64,000 bases of DNA from the NCBI RefSeq assembly GCF_009914755.1, contig NC_060929.1; one strand, 5' to 3'. Under the pieces are notes generated by a model. It saw nothing but the letters and a program-made list of their open reading frames with translations, was not told the origin of the DNA and did no database searches. Made by a program: the position numbers and the translations under genes. This document shows, piece after piece, positions 57,643-64,000 of this stretch; the stretch's first letter is position 1, and the number at the start of each line of letters is the position of its first letter. Source of the DNA: the human T2T-CHM13v2.0 reference genome, Homo sapiens.

Positions 57643-58600
57643 TTAAAATAGAAACAAAACATCTTTCTCTGATCCCAAATTTTCTCATTATACTGCTGAG
57701 ATGTTGTTTTTTCCCTCTTTTAAGTTGTTAGTGCTTTTCTAAGCCAATAAGGCCCCAATTAAAAAAAAAAAAAACTCTTTTCTAGGAATATATTCCCCAT
57801 TCCATGACAGGGATGGAAAGTCCAACCATCTTCAAATAGGGCTACTATAACATTCTGCAATATATAAAGTTGGCAAGGAAAGATGAATATTTGTCAGGTA
57901 TCAATGTGTACTTTATTATTAGCCCAGCAAGTAATAGAAATATTAGACAATCTCAGGAAGATAACATGGCCATATCTCTCAGCACAGGGAAGGAAACAGA
58001 CATTTAAAATTCTGGATCCACAAAACCTCACATATCAATATTAATCTTGAATGTAAATGATCTAAATGCCCCCACTTAAAAGGCACAGAGTGGCAAGTTG
58101 GATTAGAAAAGCAAGACCTATCCATCTGCTGTCTTCAAGAGACCAATCTCACACATAAGGACACCCACAGACTCAGTAAAAGGTTGGAAAAAGATCTATC
58201 ATGCAATGGAAAACAAAAGAGCAGGGGTCGCTATTTTTATATCAGCTAAAACAGACTAAACCAATAACAGCAAAAAAAAAAAAAAGGACAAAGAAGGGCA
58301 TTATATAATGATAAAGGGTTCAATTCAACAAGAAGATGTAACTATCCTAAATATATATATGCACACAACACTGGGGCAACAAGATTCATAAAACAAGTAC
58401 TTCTACATCTACAAAAAGACTTAAGACAGCCACCCAGTAATAGTGGAAGACTCCAACACCACACTGACAACATTAGAAAGATCATCAAGGTAGAAAACTA
58501 ACAAAGAAACTCTAAACTGACATTTGACATTTGACCAACTGGATCTAATAGACATCTATAAAATACTTCCACCTATCAACCACAGAATATACATTCTTAT

Positions 58601-58886
58601 TTTATGTTCTGGGGTACATATGCAGGATGTGCAGGTTTGTTACCTAGGTAAATGTGTGCCATGGTGGTTTGCTGCACCTGTCAACCCATCACCTAAGTAT
58701 TAAGCTCAGCATGCATTAGCTATTTTTCCTGATGCTCTCCCTCCCCTAGCCCCTGACCCTGCCTACAGGCCCCAGTGTGTGCTGTTCCCCTCCCTGTGTC
58801 CATGTGTTCTCATTGTTCAACTCTCACTTATAAGTGAGAATATGCAGTATTTGGTTTTGTGTTCCTGCTTTAGTTTGCCACAAGAC
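58601..58886 (-). mobile_element. Short antisense L1PA 3' end nested in the older L1
   Basis: Reverse L1PA 3'UTR; exact TSD acattcttat at 58591-58600 and 58887-58896. Confidence 0.88.
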
Positions 58887-59458
58887 ACATTCTTATATGC
58901 ACATGGGAACATACTCCAAGATCAACCACATCCTGGGCATAAACCAAGTCTTAATAAACTAAAAAAAAAATCAAAATCATACCAACCATACTCTCAAAGT
59001 ATAGTGGGATAAAAACAGAAATAAATGCCAAGAAGATCGCTCAAAACCACACAATTACATGGAAATTAAACAACTTAGTCCCAGAGGACTTTTGGGTAAA
59101 CAAGAAAATTAAGGCAGAAATCAAAAAATTCTTTGAAAGAAATGAAAATAGACAACATACCAAAATATCTAAGATACAGCAAAAACTGTACTTGAAATGT
59201 TAGAAAAATCTCAAATTAATGACCTAACATCAGACAGAGGAACTAGAAAAATAAGAACCCCAAAGCTAGCAGAAGAAAAGAAATTTTAGTTATTTCAGAG
59301 CAGAACCAAACAAAATTCAGACCCAAAAGTCCATACAAAGAATCAACAAAACCAAAAATTGGTTTTCTGAAGGATAAAAAAGATCACAGACCACTACCTA
59401 GATTAACAAAGAAAAAAGAGAGATGATCCAAATAAGCACAGTTAGATATGACAAAGGT

Positions 59459-59739
59459 GGCCAGGCATGGTGGCTCATGCCTGTAATCCTAGCACTTTAG
59501 GAGGACAAGGTGGGTGGATCACTTGAGCCCAGGAGTTCAAGACCACCTGGGTAACATGATGAAACCCTGTCTCTACAAAAGTTAGCTGGGCATGGTGGCA
59601 TGCACCTGTAGTCCCAGCTACTTGGGAGGCTGAAGTGGGAGGATTACCTGAGCCTAGGGAGGTCAAGACCTCAGTGAGCCAATGATCATGGCACTGCATT
59701 CCAGCCTGGGCAAAAGGGTAAGACCCTGTCTCTAAATAA
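59459..59739 (+). mobile_element. AluJ nested in L1
   Basis: TSD atgacaaaggt at 59448-59458 and 59740-59750. Confidence 0.92.
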
Positions 59740-60432
59740 ATGACAAAGGTGATATTACCACCAATCCCACAGAAATACAAAAGATACTGAGAGACTATTA
59801 TGAACACCTCTATGCACACAAACTAGAAAATCAAGAGGAAATGGACACATTCCTGGAAACACACAATCTCCTAAGATTGGATCAGGGAGAAACTGAAATC
59901 CTGAATAGACCGGTATCAAGTTCTGAAATTGAAACCAGTGATAAAAAAAATCTATAAGCCAATAAAAGCCCCAGACCAGATGGATCCACAGCAGAATTCT
60001 AACAGACATACAAAGAAGAGCTGGTACCAATTCTACTGAAACTATTAAAAAAAAAATCAGGGAAGAACTCCTTCCTAAATTATTCTATGAAGCCAGCATC
60101 ACCCTGACACCAAAACCTGGCAAAGACACAACAAAAGAAAAAGAAAACTATATGTCAATATCCCTGATGAACACAGATGCAAAGATCCTGAACAAAAATA
60201 CTAGCAAACTGAATACAACAGCACATCAAAAAGTTAATTTACTACGATCAAGTAGGCTTCATTCCCAGAAAGCACAGTTAGCTCAACATGTGCAAATCAA
60301 TAAATGTGATTCAGCACATAAACAGAAGTAAAACAAAAACAATATAATCATCTCGAAAGACACACAAAAAAGCTTTTGATAAAATCTAATATCCCTTCAT
60401 GATAAAAATCCTCAAGAAACTATGCATCAAGG

Positions 60433-61055
60433 TGTTGTGGCTCCTTCACTCCCATAGTTCAGTGAGTTCCAAGTTCTTGTCCCATGACCAAGAGGAATGA
60501 GGTTCACGGACACCAGAGGGTAAGTAAGGCATAGATTTTTATTAAGTGACAGGAAAAGCTCTCAGCAGCAACAGGTGACCTGAAAGTGGGTTGATGCCTA
60601 TGGGCTTGTCCCCAGAGGTTTCTGTCCCCTCTTTCCAGGGGCGTTTTTCTCATTTGCATCTTGCACAACCCTCTATGTCCTGGTTGCTTCCTGGTCCCAC
60701 TTCTTTCTGCACAGGTGTGTTCTTCTCCAAAGCTACTCCATCTTAGTTATTACCCATAAACATCACAGAAAAGCCCACATGGCAGGGGGGTGAAACTACC
60801 ATGCAGATGTCATGTTAATGACTTATATATAATGAGCTGGGTCAAGTTAAGGATGTTACGTTTATTTACTGCACCTGTGCCTAAGTTGGGACACTCCCTT
60901 CTTGGGCAAACATCCTGGTATAAGAGGAAGCTCTTCACCACACTTCCACCTGCTTGCTACATAACACGGGCAGTGCAGTTGTGGTCCCATAAGTGTTGTT
61001 CTTCTCCAAAGACCTTCCCTAACTGCCTAGCCAGCCCCTAACTGCTCCTCTCTCA
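60433..61055 (-). mobile_element. ERV1-class solo LTR nested in L1
   Basis: TG...CA termini, flanking (a)aagg duplication; L1 ORF2 resumes seamlessly (gcatcaagg|...|aaaggaacata). Confidence 0.8.
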
Positions 61056-61323
61056 AAAGGAACATATTCCAAATAATAAGAGCCATCTATGACAAACCCA
61101 CAGCTAACATCATACTGAACAAGCAAAAACTGGAGAAGTTCCCTTGAGAACTGGAATAAGACAAGAATGCCTTCTCTTACCACTCATATTCACCATAGTA
61201 CTAGAAGTGCTAGCCAGAGCAATCAGGCAAGAGAAAGAAATAAAAGGCATCCAAATAGGCAAAGAAGAAGTGAAACTATCTGTCTTCATGGATGATATGA
61301 TTCTATACCTTAAAAACCCTAAA

Positions 61324-61654
<331 letters not shown>

Positions 61655-62887
61655 TCATCAAAAACCTCCTAGAACTGATAAACAACTTCAGTAAAGTTTG
61701 AGGATACAAAATCAATCTATAAAAACAGTAGCATTTCTATATTCCAATAACATTCAAGTTGAAAGCCAACTCGAGAATGCAATCCCACGTACAACACATA
61801 CACACACACACACAGAGAGAGAGAGAGACAGAGAGAGAGAGAGAAGTACCTAAGAACATATCTAACCAAGGAGGTGAAAGGCCACTACAAGGAGAACTAC
61901 AAACACAGATGATACAAACAGATGGAAAAACATTCCATGCTCAGATTGGAAGAATCAATATCATTAAAGTAGCCATACTGCCCAAAGCAATCTACAGATT
62001 CAATGCTATTCTTACCAAATTACCAATGTCATTTTTCACAGAACTAGAAAAAAGCTATTCTGAAATTTACATGGAACCAAAAAAGAGCAGGAACAGCCAA
62101 AACAATCCTAAGCAAAGGGAACAAAGTTGGAGGTATCATGTTACCTGACTTGAAACTATCCTAATAAGTTACAGTAATCCAAACAGCATGGAACTGGTAC
62201 AAAAAGAGACAGAGACCAATGGGAATAGAATAGAAAAACCAGATATAAAGCTGCACAACCATCTTATATTCAAGAAAATCAACAACAACAAAAAAGCAAT
62301 GGGGAAAGGACTCCCTATTCAATAGTGTTGGGATGGCTAGCTAGCAACATGTGGAAGAATGAAACTGGATCATACCTTTCAAAAATTAACAATAGATAGA
62401 TTAAAGATTTAAATGTAAGACCTCAAACTATAAGAATTATAGAAGAAAATCTAGGAAACACCATTCTGGACACTGGCCTTGGAAAAGAATATATGCTAAG
62501 TTCTCGAAAACAACTGTAACAAAAACAAAAATTGGTTTAAGTGGGACGATCTAATTAAACTAAAGAGCTTCTGCACAGCAAAAGAAACTATCAACACAGT
62601 AAACAGACAACCTACAGAATGGGAGAAAATATTCACAAACTATGCATCCAACAAAGGTCTAATATCCAGAATCTATAAAGAATGTAAACAATTGAACAAG
62701 CACAAAACCCCTTTAAAAAAACAGGCAAAAGACATGAACAGGCACTTCTCAAAAGAAGAGATACACGTGGCCAACACATATGAAGAAATACTCATCATCA
62801 CTATCAGCAGAGAAATGCAAATTAAAACCACAATGAGATACCATCTCCCACCAGTCAGAACGGTGATTAAAAAGTCAAAAAACAACA

Positions 62888-63235
<348 letters not shown>

Positions 63236-64000
63236 TTAATACACTGTTGGTGTGAATGTAAATTAGACCAGCCACTGTGGAAAGCAATTTGGAGATTTCT
63301 CAAAGAACTGAGAACTACCACTTGATCCAGCAGTCCTGGGTCTCAAAGGAATGTAAATCGTTCTGTTATAAAGACACATGCACTCATATGTTCACTGCAG
63401 CACTATTCACAATAGCAAAGGCACAGAATCAACCTAGGTGCCCATGAATGGTGGACTGGATAAAGTAAATATGTACATATACACCATGGAATACTATGCA
63501 GCCATAAAAAGAAATCATGTCCTTTGCAGCAACATGGATGAAGCTAGAGGCCATTATGTTAAGTGACTTAACACAGGAACAGAAAACCAAATACCATATG
63601 TTCTTGCTTATAAGTAGGAGCTGAACACTGGGTATTCATGGACATAAAGATGGCAACAACAGTCACTGGGGACTGCTAGAGGAAGGAGAACAAGGGTTGA
63701 AAAACTATTAGGTATTATGTTCAGTACTTGGGTGATGGGATCAATCATAACCCAAGCCTCAGCATCATGCAATATACCCATGTAACAAACATGCACATTC
63801 TTAAGAATGCTGTGTTTCACAAATTGCACATTCTAAATTCAAATTGTTTGCAGATTTTGTGATAAGGGAAAGTATACATAGTTAACACCTTGATTCTTAC
63901 ATTTAAGAGTAACTTAAGTAGTAAATAAAGGAGAAAGATGTAAAACTGAGCTTCAAGAGAATCAAGTAAATACTACTCATAAAATGGTTAAACACAAGTT

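Overview
Primate (most likely human) genomic DNA containing the complete CKMT2 gene (sarcomeric mitochondrial creatine kinase) on the + strand. It has a GC-rich muscle-type promoter (~1.3-1.96 kb), a non-coding exon 1, a probable alternative 5'UTR exon (12621-12784), nine coding exons (ATG 19732 to TAA 34839, 1260 nt, 419 aa, all phases compatible) and a poly(A) signal at 34959. The rest is intronic or intergenic DNA dense in transposons: Alu, L1, L2, MIR, LTR and hAT MITEs. Points not evident from the ORF track: (1) a full-length L1PA4-like element whose 5'UTR lacks exactly the 97/622 intron, so it retrotransposed from a spliced RNA (SpIRE); (2) a 13-kb nested L1 block that splits an old hAT MITE and is flanked by one target-site duplication, consistent with an L1PB1 3' transduction; (3) an antisense RPS12 processed pseudogene in intron 1; (4) a ~160-bp dispersed duplication, a perfect 36-bp tandem duplication and a template-switch hairpin inside an Alu; (5) a possible ancient RTE-clade RT fossil. 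I see no evidence of a new gene system; the interesting signals are retrotransposon biology and CKMT2 5'UTR regulation. Repeat subfamily names come from recalled consensus features and need RepeatMasker/Dfam confirmation.
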